DNA of 63,536 bases, filler included, from Olpidium bornovanus S191 (GCA_017911155.1; 31 parts of 31 records of this genome joined end to end with filler, not necessarily neighbours in it), one strand, 5' to 3'. Shown: positions 49,880-63,080, counted from the whole stretch's first letter. Notes: generated by a model not told the origin, from the letters alone. Numbers and translations are program-made.

Positions 49880-50760
49880 CTCCGCCGCCGACTGCAATCT
49901 TTGCAGCTCCTCGTTCCTGCGGAAGGCGGGAGGCCCGTCAGATATTGACGGACCGCATCCGCCCCCCACGTAGGCCCCCTGGGTATTTCAGATTTACATG
50001 GCCGCATTTTCCTCCTGCAAAGTGATGATCTGCTCGAGCTGCGCTGCCGCACGCCCGCGATTTTGCGCCTCGTCCGCCGCGAGCCTCGCGACTGCCTTCT
50101 CGCAGAACAGGAGCGCCGCGGAGGTGACCTCTCGCGCAGCGGACCCTACTGCGCCGGTGACCAGCTCTCGGAACCTATTTCACGCGCGGTGAGACGTTTG
50201 TTTCTTTTGGTTTTTTGCCGCCTCGCAAGTTCCGCTTTTTTTGTCGTTGCACCCAACAGCAGGAAGCGCCCCTTACTGCTCACGGCTTTGAGACGAAAAC
50301 GAGCGAAAGTGGAGTCCGTGGGAGCGGACCGCGGCCACGGCCTTCTGCAGGCTGTCTCGCAGCGTTTTTTCTCGGCACGCCAACTCGTTCTCGCGGAGAG
50401 TGTTCCGCCGAGAGCTTTCCCGCTAATACATATATCAAGAAATAAAAAGAAAATAACAGCCCGGGTGGTGAGGAGAGGAGAGATGACGGCAGGAGTCACC
50501 CCAGAGGGGCCCACGAGGGCTTGAGTTTCCGGGCAACAACGTCTTTCGGAGCTCGCACCATTCTGTCCCCGGCGTCCTCCAACTCGGTCTGCAGGAGTTT
50601 CAGAGATTCCTTGTCCCGCCTGTTCTCGACGACCGCGACGGCGAGTTTCCCGCCCAGATCATCGCGTTCCTGTCGGAGGCGGGACGACTCCTCCCGCGCG
50701 GTTTTCAGCTGGGAGTCCAGTTCCGGACGCTCCTCGGCGTACCTCTGCGCCACACGGCGC
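49880..50760 (-). CDS. Coiled-coil protein exons, unidentified
   Basis: RYAEERPELDSQLKTAREESSRLRQERDDLGGKLAVAVVENRRDKESLKLLQTELEDA and CEKAVARLAADEAQNRGRAAAQLEQIITLQEENAAM, with plausible splice sites. Confidence 0.55.
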
Positions 50761-50827
50761 GTTCGACGTTTTTGGTTCGGAAACCCATTCCGCGCGCCGG
50801 GGGCGGGCGGGTTTGGGGGGAGCCGGT

Positions 50828-50863
<36 letters not shown>

Positions 50864-51088
50864 GGGGGGGGAAGGAGGTTAATTTCCGGGTTCTGGCCGC
50901 GCAGAAAAGCTCGCGCGGCAGAAAACTGGGCAAGCAATCCACGCGAGCTGGAAGAAAAAAAAATGCAACCGGAATTCCGTTTTCCTGCNNNNNNNNNNNN
51001 NNNNNNNNNNNNNNNNNNNNNNNNNNNNNNNNTTAATTAATTAANNNNNNNNNNNNNNNNNNNNNNNNNNNNNNNNNNNNNNNNNNNN

Positions 51089-51953
51089 CATGGCGTGCCA
51101 GTGGAACGTGACGACGGTCGACTGTCAACCAGGTGAGCAAACGGGACAGGCGCTGTCCCCGGAGGAAGTTCGGCTTTTTTGAAATGATCGAACGCAACCC
51201 GTTCGTTGGCCTCTAACGGAAAATCTTCAAACCGACGCAGTATCGCTTGCGCAACTTACGAGGACGCTCGAGCCCCCTCCTCTGCTGCCGCATCCGGCTT
51301 CTGTTGTCCGGAACGGAGTCACGAGCACGCCCTCTGCCTTCCCGGTCGCCCCGCCGACGGCCGTGTCGGCGCCCGTCGACGTCACGCCTCCCGTAAATTG
51401 GGCGGGCGCGAGCGGCCGGCCCAACCGCCTGGCGCTGTACATCGGGCTCTCGATCGCCGCGCTCGGCTTGATCTGCGCCGCTGCCCTCGTCTACCACCAG
51501 CGGTCGAAAAAAAAGGAGCAGAACAAGGCCCTCGCCTTCGGCGCGCCGCGCCAGGGTGGCGGCCGGCCGACGCTCTCATCGGCCATGGCGCCCGGCGGCA
51601 ACGAAAACAGGCCCCGCACCCAATTCCGCCGCGGGTCGCTCATCGTGCACATCCGGCAGGCGCTCGGCGAATCTGTACAAAAAGACCCCTTTCCGGGCAC
51701 GCAGTCCTCGGGCGGCGGGGACCCACCTTCGAGCAACTGCGAACTGGGCTCGTCGCCCGCCGCCGCTTCGGGCGAGCCGTTACCGGCCACTTCCGCCGCC
51801 ACCGCCCCGATATCCCGCCCCGAAATCGTCGCTGACCTCGCGGACGACAGCCCTACCACCAGATCCGTCGACGATGACAAAATATGGCAACGCTCCCCTG
51901 GCAACGCCGAGGAAGAGACAGCCTGGCGAGACTCCGTCCTGTCCAGGCTATGA
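51089..51953 (+). CDS. Single-pass (type I-like) membrane protein, C-terminal part
   Basis: Cys-bearing exon (ACQWNVTTVDCQP|), Pro/Ser/Thr stalk, TM LALYIGLSIAALGLICAAALVY, positive-inside RSKKK, and a disordered tail to the stop at 51953. Confidence 0.7.
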
Positions 51954-53139
51954 CACTCTGTATTAGCCACCGAGGACGCTGCGCGTGACGGCGCAAGGCG
52001 CGGCACGGCCGCTCACTGGAGCGGTGCGCGTGGAGGTGGGCTCCCCCTCGCCTTGGCTTTCCACGGCACCCCACAGTCGGGGCCTTCCCCCCGTTTTCCC
52101 ATCAATATGTTCTCTTCGACTCCCCGTTCTCACCGACGGCTCCATCCTCTCGTGCGGGGCGACGTCCGGGGAAGACGCAGTCATGGGCGTTTGTTATTAG
52201 TCAACTAGAGAATTTTTTTTTTTTTTTTTTTGTTTTGTTGGTTGCACTGGGCGCGGCAATTTCACATGACGGGGAAACTAGTGACGCTGCAAGGGGGTGC
52301 CGGGGAGCACAGTGCAGGGCCGCGGTGTGCTTATGCATCTTCCCCCTTTTTGTTATGCCCTTTTATTCTACATTGCAACGAAAACGGAAAAAAGGGGAGG
52401 GCGCGGCGAAGCGAGAACAACGTGGAACAGCAGAGCACCAAACGAGCTAGGAAACAGAGCTCCGAGCGGGAGCGGGAGGCCGAGCGGCGGGAGCTCGAGC
52501 TCCTGGATGGCGCCGAGAAGGCGGGGCAGACCGGCGGTTTTGGGAAAATAGGCAGGCAGTTGAAGACAGACGGCGCCGGGCCTTGTGGAAAGTTGTTGTT
52601 CCAGATTTTCCACTCAAAACTCCAAAACTCGGCCTCTGAATTCCAGTTCTCTCGAGCCTCCTCTTCGTCTCTCCTCCTCTCTTTCTCTTTTACTCTTTCT
52701 GTGGTTCGTTCCGCTCTACGGCTCTAACACTGCTTGGGGACGCGTTCGTTCTGCTCTATGAGGGTTTTCGCCGCGCGTGGGCGTTCGGGGAGTCGCTACG
52801 GGATTTCCGAAGGCNNNNNNNNNNNNNNNNNNNNNNNNNNNNNNNNNNNNNNNNNNNNTTAATTAATTAANNNNNNNNNNNNNNNNNNNNNNNNNNNNNN
52901 NNNNNNNNNNNNNNCATGTGACGCGCGCCTTGTACATAAATTTATTTATAGTTTTTTCTTGACGCTCGCGGATGAAAGCGAGTCACCACTTTCGCCTCCC
53001 TTTTTGCTTGAGTTCCTACCCTTTGAGTTCGTGTGAATTGGTACGAACTAAAATCAACAACTCATAAAAAAAGGCCCACACGCACACTCCTCAGCCCCCA
53101 ACTAAACCGCTTGAACGACCGGGTGGACCGACCGATGTA

Positions 53140-53180
<41 letters not shown>

Positions 53181-53907
53181 AAAAAAAAGTTACCAAAAGA
53201 GTCTTCTCCTCTTGTCGTCCTTCTTTTTCTCTTTTTTTGCCCGCGTCTCTCCCTCTCTCTCTCTCTCTGCTGTCTCTCTCTGTCTCTCTCTTTCTCTCTC
53301 TCTCTCCGGATTTCTCTCCAAATGGATTCTGATTCTGCTCTCTCTATCTCTCTCTCTCTCTCTTTTTCTCTCTGCCGCGCCGCCCCAGAGAGAGGCGTTG
53401 TGGTTGGTGTCCCCGTGAGGTCCGCCGCCCTTCTCGCGACCTGCGGGCAAAATGCGCATAGTTTGTCGACCTCGCCTAGCCCCCCACTCCCCGCCAGAAG
53501 GACAAAAAAAAAAAAAGAAAATCGCGCAAAAAAAAAAAATTCGTTCTTTCTCTCTCTCTCTCTCTCTCTCGCTCGCACTCGCCCGCCCTCCGCCAGACGA
53601 AAAAAGCGAGAAAACGAAAAAAACGAAAAACGAAGGGAAAAGAGAGAAAAAAAAATAACGCGCTCTTTTTCGCTCTCTCTCTCTCCCTCTCTCTCCCCCT
53701 CCGCCCGTCTGCTGCTTTCCCCCCCCCCCCCCCCCCTCTCTCCTCGACATATCCGCCGGGGACACGCAAAACAGCGCAAGCGCAACGGGACGCGCGCTAG
53801 GCACACAGGAAAAACCGGTTCCCGCGTTTTTTTTCCTGGCCCTTTCCCCCACGCCAACCCCCCACAACCCCCACCGCCGCCCTCTGGTCCTTGCCCGCGT
53901 CGGCGCC

Positions 53908-53971
53908 ATGAGGTTTGCGGTGCTCTCGTCCTCGCTTCTGCTCTTCGCCGCCGCTTCGGCGCAGGTCACCG
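53908..53971 (+). CDS. First exon encoding a signal peptide of a secreted protein (rest not recoverable)
   Basis: gccATG context, MRFAVLSSSLLLFAAASA-QVT, then a GTGAGA donor. Confidence 0.6.
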
Positions 53972-54410
53972 GTGAGATCTCGTAGTATTTTTACTTTGTT
54001 TTTTTTCGCCCGCGCGCGCGTGTGGAAGGTGGGGGGGGGAGGGGGAGAGGGGCGGGAAAAGGGGTGGGAGTCGGGTGCGGCGGAAACGCGCACGGCGCGC
54101 GTGCGGAAAAGGGAGAGGGGAAGTGGGCGCCCGCCCTCTCCTGACGCGCGGTTTTAAAACCGCAAAAGCGCGCCGCCGAAACCACAAAGGCGGGGGTGGG
54201 GGGGAAGGGGAAGGGGAAGGGAAGCGCGCCGTTGAGACCGAAACGGAAGAGGCGAAAACGGGGCGGAAGGGACAAGGAGCTCTCGGGGCGCGAGAGGCAT
54301 TTCGGGATTTGCGCGCGTTTACTCAATATCCTTCCAACCCCTCGCGCTGCGCGACCGCGCTCCGCGCCATTTTCCGTTCGAAATTTCTCTCATTCTCTCT
54401 CTCCTTCTCT

Positions 54411-54522
<112 letters not shown>

Positions 54523-55436
54523 ACGCCCCGCGNNNNNNNNNNNNNNNNNNNNNNNNNNNNNNNNNNNNNNNNNNNNTTAATTAATTAANNNNNNNNNNNN
54601 NNNNNNNNNNNNNNNNNNNNNNNNNNNNNNNNCATGCGTCCCGCGCCTGCTTCCTTGCCGCTAGGGTTGGACAGCTTGAGGGTCTTCGCCCCTGACCCTG
54701 TGGTCCGGCCGCGGTCAGCGTAATATGAGCCGTGAAAGCGGAGTTCCAGCACGGAGGTCCGGAAAGGGGCTTGGTTGCCAACTCAACCACGCCCCCTCCC
54801 CCCTCCCCCTCTCCGAATTTTTCCGGAACTCCACGAGTGAAAGACCGCCCCTAGTTTGCCCTCCGCTCCTGGTGCGGAACGCCCGCGGGGTAAGGGAAAT
54901 AACCGGTTTGCGGTGCTCCATTTTCCGGTTGCTAACCTAGACCTGGATAATTTTTGTCTTCTCGATTCGGGCCCTCAGCGGGCGCGCGCGCGAATCTGCG
55001 TCGCTGACTTTCGCGGTCGATTTAGCACACGCAAAAGTATACTTCCCGGGACGCTCCAAAGACAGCATTCTCCGCCTGCGGCAATCCAGCGTTCCCTAAA
55101 ACCTGCTTACGGTCCGGCAATAACGCTTTCTCCGTATTAAAAGGGATCAGAGCCACGGAGCTGATCGCGCGATCTACCTGAGTTGATCGCCCTTGCTGCG
55201 CACTCCGGCCAAAATGTACTCGCGGTCAGCGCGGAAGCTGGAGCTTTCAAAGAGCGAGACGGGACCCAATCTCGGGCCCGGATGTTACAACAAGGATGTG
55301 TTTGACCCGTGCGAGGAGAAAGAACCGGCGTGAGTTAACCCGCGGCGTTTCGTCGCTCCCCGCCCCGCTACGGGAACCCGGAGTTATTCCCTCTTTTTTC
55401 CATCGACCGAACGCTTGACGTGCTTTTTGCGTGTAG

Positions 55437-56045
55437 CTATGCGCCGTTCTCCACGTTGGCGCCAAGGACGTCGGCATTTGACAAAATGATCACGGAGGGG
55501 CCGGCGCCAGGGGCGTATGATGCTTTTTTCTCGAGGTCAAAATCATCCAAAACGTCGACTTTTGGCAAGTCGAAGGTAAGTCCGCTCCTTGGCCGCCTAC
55601 CTCTCCCGAGCGCCCAGGAAGAAAGTCCCGTTCCGGTCGACGATAATAATGTTAGGGTTACCGGTCGATATATTGCGCTGGCCAGTGTCGACGCTTCGCG
55701 CAGCAGGTGCCAGTCAGTCCGGGGCCGGGAGTCTACGGTGCAGAGATCAGCCGGCCGTCGCGGGCGACGGCACCGCCGCTGACGACGGGCGGCACCGTCC
55801 GGATATTGGCGTCGACGGACCGGCCCGGAACGGACATGATCCTTGTCAGCACGTCCGTAAAATCCGAACCGCCGGGCGCCAAGCCGATGGAGGAAGCGGC
55901 AGCCGACGGCGAAACGCCCCTGTCGCGTTCGTCCGTGATCGACGACACCTACGTCGGCGCATACCAGCCCACAATCGGCGGCAACCGGACGGCGCCCGCC
56001 GAATACAAGCGGCGGCCGAGAATCGTCTGGAAACGCAAGTCCATG
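55437..56045 (+). CDS. SHIPPO/STPG (PG-rich repeat) family protein, partial. Exons 55437-55575, 55707->56045
   Basis: FSTLAPRTSAFDKMITEGPAPGAYD..STFGKSK|VPVSPGPGVYG: two P.PG.Y repeats with F-rich flanks, joined by a phase-0 GTAAGT..CAG intron. Confidence 0.65.
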
Positions 56046-56538
56046 NNNNNNNNNNNNNNNNNNNNNNNNNNNNNNNNNNNNNNNNNNNNTTAATTAATTA
56101 ANNNNNNNNNNNNNNNNNNNNNNNNNNNNNNNNNNNNNNNNNNNNCATGAGTCATCTGGCGTCTGTTCGCCCAGAATCGCTTCCGCCGCGCGGATCTGAT
56201 GTCTTCAGCCGGCGACGGGCATGCGCACATTCCCGCGACGCAGGGAGCAAGTTTGGGGCACGTCCGGCACCACCGAATATCCAAAGATCCCAGGGGTGAA
56301 AAGTGTTGTCGCGGAAGGTTGGAAGCGTTTGCTTCGATGGGGTTTCTTCGCATCTGTGTCAAGCGTTTGTTCTGTCTTGTCCAATGCGGAAAACGTGAAT
56401 GGTCGAAGAGCATCGGCGAGACGGGAGTCTACGTGTGAGGAAGCCAAAACGGCGCGGGACCGCTTTTTCTTCGTATTAAAGGGCCTCAAAAAGGCGGCGT
56501 GGGGTGGGGAGAGGGGGGGGGCGCGCTTTAGGCTCTGT

Positions 56539-57156
56539 TCAGCGGCCCCTCTTCTTGACGGGAGCGGGCGCAGGTGCACGCTCCTCCTTAACCTTCGGCA
56601 ACACCATCTCCACCGAGCTTTCAGCAACGGAAAGATCGTCCCAGATACTGCTGTCGTCATCCTGGATCGACGTCGCGGCGGCGTTCGCAGCTGGCGGGCG
56701 GCTGTATTTCAACTTGAACTTCTGTACCAGAGATATGTCCTGGGCGACGTATCCGGAACCGGGGTTCCACAGCGGGTGGTTGCGCACGTCTTGCGCGAGG
56801 CGCAGCTGCGGCCTGGGGGATGTGGTCCAGATCGTCGCCGTCGAGCCGTCGGACATGACGACGAGCTGCTCAAACAGCGGGGGCGGCGGGTAGCCCATGT
56901 TCGGGATGGTGTCGGCCATGAAAACCTTTGCTTTCTCGAACGAGGTGGAGGACCTGTGGCGGAGCGGCGGCGCGGCGGCGGCTGCGGGCCCGGGAAAAGG
57001 AAGGGCCGCTCCTCCCCGCGGCGCGGACGGGCGCGCGGCCGACACCGCGGCGGCGAACCGGGCGTAGGCCGGAGCCGCCCCGCCGCCCGCCAAGCACCGG
57101 CGGCGGACGCCCGCCGCCGCCGCGTCCGCCGCGGCTGCGGTCATGCCGGTCGCCAT
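56539..57156 (-). CDS. MRPL36: Mitochondrial ribosomal protein bL31m (Mrpl36), intronless
   Basis: PLFEQLVVMSDGSTATIWTTSPRPQLRLAQDVRNHPLWNP (family signature V.LSDGST...TT.P......D.RN.PLWNP), with an Ala/Arg-rich presequence. Confidence 0.9.
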   Translation of the reverse strand: MATGMTAAAADAAAAGVRRRCLAGGGAAPAYARFAAAVSAARPSAPRGGAALPFPGPAAAAAPPLRHRSSTSFEKAKVFMADTIPNMGYPPPPLFEQLVVMSDGSTATIWTTSPRPQLRLAQDVRNHPLWNPGSGYVAQDISLVQKFKLKYSRPPAANAAATSIQDDDSSIWDDLSVAESSVEMVLPKVKEERAPAPAPVKKRGR

Positions 57157-57352
57157 ATCTCTCCTCGTGGTTGCGCACGATCCGGAGCTCGCGCGGGGCG
57201 GTCGCGGGCGGCCTCGCTCGACCGGGCACGCGGCGGCGGGTCGCGGACGGGAACGGAGGGGAGGGCGTTCGTTTACGTTCGGCGGTCGTGCGGCCGGGCG
57301 GGTGGGGCGGGGCGCGCGCGTCGGGCGGACGCAAACTGGCGAGGCGGAAGGC

Positions 57353-57395
<43 letters not shown>

Positions 57396-57398
57396 CCC

Positions 57399-57432
<34 letters not shown>

Positions 57433-60079
57433 CCCCGGGGGGNNNNNNNNNNNNNNNNNNNNNNNNNNNNNNNNNNNNNNNNNNNNTTAATTAATTAANN
57501 NNNNNNNNNNNNNNNNNNNNNNNNNNNNNNNNNNNNNNNNNNCATGACTCATTTGCTGCGAAGCGTGCCGCTCTTTATCCAGATACGTGGGAGAGGCGGG
57601 CGGCCTGCGCGTTCCGCGCATCGGGAAATTTGCGCAAAAAAAATACCTCTCCGGGGACCCCTTGATTTTCATTATCTCTCTACCTTTGCGCCTCCCGCAA
57701 CCGCCAAGCCCGCAGTTAACGCGCGCGCTCCGACGAGCGCGCCGCCGAGGGCCGCTGCTGAAGCCCGCGGCTGTCGCCGACAAGGATATGTTCCTGCAGA
57801 TTTGCGCTTGAAGGGCCCGGGTTTTTTTGCGAGAAACCCCTCTTCGTGTCTCCCAATCCCACGCCACAGCCCAGATTTCCCGGATTCTCGCGCTAGCCAC
57901 CTACGTTCCAGCCCCGGCTGCTCCTGCTGCATGTGCTGCGGCGCCGCCCGGTGGTTTCCGGCACGCTCTTCGACGCTTTCTGTTTTCTACACGGTTGCAA
58001 TGCACGAGCGCCGGCGCCCGACGTCAAGGCCGCTCCCGTCGCCGAGGCCGCTTTTTTTAGATATGTCACTGGCCGCGGCCGACGGGGACAGTTGCTTGGT
58101 AAATACAGCCCCAAAGCCGCGCTCGTGGCCAAAAACAATCGGCGCAGCTACGGTCGTAAGAAAAGGGGCTGCCGGCTGCTGATGCGGCGCTTCAGAAGGG
58201 CGGTAGCCGCACGGCCTGCCAAGCCGTGCTTGGAAACTCCATGATCAAATGACGCGCGAGCGCAACAGACTGCGACGGCGATTGTGCAACAGGCCGTCTC
58301 TGGCGGCGGGCGCGACGCCAGATATACCGCGTGCATTTATCGCCCGAAAACTTCCACAGATTGCATACAGAGTGTCGTCTTATAAGAATTTTTGCCTGTG
58401 TCTACCCACCGCCCACGGCAGAGGCAGAAGATATCACCTAAACATGTCCACGGAACCCGCCCTAGCGGAACCGACCAGACCAATCATCAGGGTCAGGATC
58501 CCTTTGCCTATAAGTCGACTCCGCGTTTCAGAAATCCTGTCCACTTGCCATGTCGGATTCACATCCGGTGAGTTTAACCGCTTGTATCTATAATAAAGAA
58601 TCCGTTTCCTTTTGATTTTCGTAGAAAGAAAATCAAAACTGTTGACCGGTGTAACCGCCTATTAACTGTTCCCAGCTTGGGCAAGCTCCGCGACAACAGA
58701 CAAATGCAATGATATTTGAGAAAACACGCGTCGGTTTTTGCGGACATACAGATGTTGGCCGTGTGCCTGGGAGCACCCGCCGCCTCAATTTGCTGGGGCC
58801 ATGCCACGTTTTCCTTCGAGAGCGGGGCGTGTAGTAGGGGAGGGAAAAGGGGCGGTGGGCTTCTGGCCGGATAACTGCGCAGGTTTCTACATTGTCCGCG
58901 TAGTGTATATTTTCCCTAGTTGCAGATGCGCGGCAAGCCCTGGCGTTGCTGAGCTTTTCCAGCATATTGGCCTGCGCATGGCCGACGTCGCGGCGGGCGC
59001 AGATGCCGGACAACGGAGCGGTTACGTACTTTGTCGGCGCCGTAGGCAAATATCGATGCACGGGTTAGTGCCACGCAGAAGGCTGTCCCCGCGTGGAACG
59101 CGCGCCTATCTTGACACTCACGCGCGTCGGACCACCGCGCACGGCGCACATGCCGCGCCGGTCATTCTTACGCCAAGAACGGCACCCAACACGCAAAACC
59201 TTGCCTAGCGTAGACCTTGAACCTCAACTCAGTCTTTCATGTTCATTACCGTCCAGCTGAACCCCTGCGACATCGCGATAATAAAAGACTGCGATTGCAC
59301 TGCTGGACCGGACGTCTGACCAATTTAATGTATTGGTTACTTGTTTTTTGGCCGAGCCAAAAGATGCCCGGAAACGGTGTGCTGACGTATGGAAACGACG
59401 AGAGCGTGGCGCCCATGAACGTATTCGGCACGATTTCGCACAGGTACGCTATGTAGACAGATGAGGAAATCGGCGCGCCCTTTTCGACTTCTCCCTAGCA
59501 CAGAAATCAATCTGTGAAGAATGGCGCGACTTCGAGCTATGGCGCCCGGTTCTTTTTTCGTTCTATTCGTCTGTTCCCTTGGCGAACCGCAAGTTTGCGC
59601 CACTGCACAAAGGAAGTGCACAACCGGTGAGCGAGATTTGCCAGACAAATTCATCGGACATGACGCGTTTGAGAACTTAAACCATTCCTTTTATGCCGGG
59701 CAATGATCGACCAGGGAAGCACAAAAAAATCTCTTTCCACTTGGGAGATCCCTGCTGGTGACGAAGGAAAATTTCCAACNNNNNNNNNNNNNNNNNNNNN
59801 NNNNNNNNNNNNNNNNNNNNNNNTTAATTAATTAANNNNNNNNNNNNNNNNNNNNNNNNNNNNNNNNNNNNNNNNNNNNAAAAAAGAAACCAGGATGAAG
59901 CGCAAACGGTATTTCCGCGTAGAAGTGGGCAGCGCGGAGAAAGACCAAGATGATACGATGCGCAGACGAGACCAGATTTCGGGAGAGAAGCAGTCCCGGG
60001 AAAAAAATCAACGAAACCGGACGCTGGTTCGCACGCGCTGTAGGCAGCACGTCCCCGTTGCACCTTCCGCGCTAATTGT

Positions 60080-60942
60080 TACTCACACTGCAAAACCTCG
60101 ACGAGCGGGACGGATTTGTCTGTTCCGGCGCGGCGGGCAAAAGCGGGGGGGGGGGAGAAAGGAAAAGAAGAAAAAAAAATAGTAGGCGCATCAGAAGAAG
60201 AAAAAGAAAACAGAAAAACAACCAGGGGAGAAAAAGCGGAGAGACGTTCTTGTCTTCGCTCTCGCCCCCTCCCCCTCCCCTTCCACCTCCGCCCCGCGAC
60301 CGTAAAAAAAAAAAAAAAAAAAAAAGAGTCAGGCTCCGGCGGGCCGGGAGCTCGAGAGGATGCGCTTGCGGGGTCGGGAGGGGAGAAGGGGGGTGGGGGG
60401 GGGTGGGTTCCTACCCCTCCGCCACTTCTCGACCTGCAAGGGGGACGGGGAACAACGGCGCGAGACGCAGGTGTCAGCCACTTCCACGCCTTTTTCGACG
60501 GAAACCGCTGGTTCGGAAAAAGATCTCCTGCGGAAGAAGGGGCGTGCGTGTGTGCGTGCATGGGTGCGTGGGTGTGCGGGCGAGGCTGCTCCGTCTTTCA
60601 CTTTCTCTCTCTCTCTCTCTCACTCTTTCTCACTCACTCCCTCCCTCCCTCCCTCCCTCTGCTCTTTCTCTTCTCTTTCCTCCCGCCACCCCCCTTCCCC
60701 CTCTCCCGCCTTCCACCGCCCACGCACTCACTGCTCTCCCTGCTCGCTTTTTTTTTTCTCTCTCTCCGTCACTCGGCCCGCAGAGAGAGCGATAGAGAGC
60801 GAAAGAGAGCGAGAGAGAGAGCGAGAAAGAGAGAGAGGGAGGGAAGGACGGAGAGAGAAAGAGAGAACAAAAGAGAGAGAGAGAGAGCAGAAAGAGCAGA
60901 GAAAGCGAGACTGCAGAGGGTGCAGAGGGTGCAGAGAGAGAC

Positions 60943-60973
<31 letters not shown>

Positions 60974-61120
60974 CACACACACACACACACACACACGAAT
61001 AGCACTCACCATCCCGGGGTTCGCAAAGACGTAGAAGTGCTTCGCGCTCCTGTGCTCCTTGTTGTGGAAGACGACCTTCTCGGCGCCGGACGCGAGCGTG
61101 TTCTTGGACGAGGCGGGCAT
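60080..61120 (-). CDS. RTC3: Rtc3/YHR087W-like protein (SBDS N-terminal fold), first three exons
   Basis: Spliced MPASSKNTLASGAEKVVFHNKEHRSAKHFYVFANPGM|VEKWRR|DKSVPLVEVLQ matches the fungal pattern KV.YK....F.VF......KWK.D.SIPL..VV. Confidence 0.75.
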
Positions 61121-61346
61121 GGTAGCTTCTCTGGGGGGGTGGGTGGGTGAGCGCTGGCGGAGCAGTGAGTGCGTGTGTGGCGTTTTTTTTTTTTTTTTTT
61201 TTCCTGCTTTTTCTTTTACGGCCCCTCGTTCTCTCTCTCTCTTTTTCTCTCTCTTTTCCCCTCCGCCCCTCGGGCGCGCGCGCGCGTTCCGGTCACGTGA
61301 CAGGCAGGGGCGAGCGGGGAAAAAGGTAAAATTCAGCGTTTTGCAC

Positions 61347-61383
<37 letters not shown>

Positions 61384-61384
61384 T

Positions 61385-61468
<84 letters not shown>

Positions 61469-61796
61469 CCCCCCCCCCCCCCCCNNNNNNNNNNNNNNNN
61501 NNNNNNNNNNNNNNNNNNNNNNNNNNNNTTAATTAATTAANNNNNNNNNNNNNNNNNNNNNNNNNNNNNNNNNNNNNNNNNNNNAAAAGTATAAAAAAAA
61601 CAAATTAAATGAACAAATAAAAAAACAGCGGGGAGCGGCCGACGACGCGGCAAAACCAAAAAAAAAGAAAAAAAAAATTGAGGCGACAGGGGGCGCGCCG
61701 GCGGGGAAACTTCCCGTTCTCCAATTCCCCCTCCTCCCCCCTTCGCCCCATCCACCACGGCCGCCTGCCTGGGCTTTTTTTTTTTTTTTTTCTCCT

Positions 61797-62257
61797 TGGG
61801 AACCCGAACCTTTTTCGAGCGTGTTCTGGACGTTGACGTCGATCCCCGGTTGCTGGAGGAGGATCTCCGCGCACCCCAGCGATCCGAACCGCGCGCTGTC
61901 ACGGCGGGCGACCGAAGGTCAGGGGCCAAGAAAAAAAAGGTTTCGTTGTTTCTTTTTTATTTTCTTTTTGTTGTTTCAAACGCACGCCGTGTGCAGCGGG
62001 GTGTTCCCGGCACCGTCCCTGCTGTTCGCGTCGACCGCCGCGTCGCCGCCGTCGCCGCCCCGTCCTCCTTTCCGGGCGTCCTCAAGCACCTCCAGCAGCA
62101 GGTCGACCTGGTCGTGCCTGCAGGCGGCCGCCAACCGCTCGTTGTTGGAAGCGCCCGGCGAGACCGGGTCGTCGTCGTCGTCGGCGCCGCCGCCGGCGGG
62201 GCTTTGCTGCTGCTGCTCTCGCTGAGGCTGGATCTGCGGGAGTCGCTGGTTGGACAT
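61797..62257 (-). CDS. Ankyrin-repeat protein, Ycr051w-like (3' truncated)
   Basis: GASNNERLAAACRHDQVDLLLEVLED..ANSRDGAGNTPLHTA|ARFGSLGCAEILLQQPGIDVNVQNTLEKG (yeast GASLSEQLLDAARRNNLDLLETVF..LGNTALHLCCKYGS). Confidence 0.82.
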
Positions 62258-63080
62258 CTGCGGGGAAAGGTGAAGGGGGTGCCAAGAAAGGGTTGGCGAC
62301 CGGGTCTGGCGCGCGGGGGGGGGGGATTTCCGCGAAAGTACGCCACCCAAAACGAAGTGCTCCGGGAAGGTTGTTTCGTCCTCGGCGCGCGCGAGGAGGA
62401 TCGGGGCGGCACGGGCAGGTGGCAGACCGGGTGTTGCGGTGCGGGAGGCGGGCGGCGTTTCCGTCTCCTTCTGTGTCTCCCTCTCTCTCTCTCTTACACT
62501 CTCTCTTACACTTTCTCTCTGTCTTTTTTCCCTGTTCCTTCTCCTTTTTCCCTTAGCTTTTTCCCCGCTCCTTTTTCGCGTTTTTTTTTTTTCTCTCTCT
62601 TTTTCTCGTGTCTCCCCTCTCGCTCTCTCGCGTCTCCTCCTTGCGTGCAAATCACGTGACTGCCACCCGTTTCTCTTTCCCCCGCGTCGAACGCGCCTCC
62701 GCCTCCGCCTCCCCTCCTCCCGCGCGCACACCCCACGCGGCTGCACGCGCGGTTCTGCTTTCTTTTTTTTTTTTGTTTCCGTTTTCGTTTTCTTGGTTTT
62801 TTTCTTCGTTGCTGTTGTTTTGTTTTTTCTTCACCCCGCTCATCGCTTGCGGCGGCCGCTCCCCCTCCCCCCTTCCCCCGAGAGGAAGAGAGGGAGAGAC
62901 GTGCGTGCGCGGTCGTTCCTTCCCCACTTCCGGCCGAGAAGTACGCGCGCCTGGTTTTTTTTTCTTCACAAAATCAAAATAAAAGACAGAAAAAAACGCT
63001 CCCCGCTTTCCGTCTCCTCCTCCCGAGCTCCTTTGCCGCTGTTCTTTTTTTTAGTTTAATTTTTTGTTTTTCTTTGTCCG

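Noticed and set aside
54326-54335. ATATCCTTCC as a U12 AT-AC 5' splice site (also ATATCCTTG on the minus strand at 57782-57789)
   Set aside because: No recognisable upstream exon and no TCCTTAAC branch point or AC acceptor downstream. Compatible with chance.
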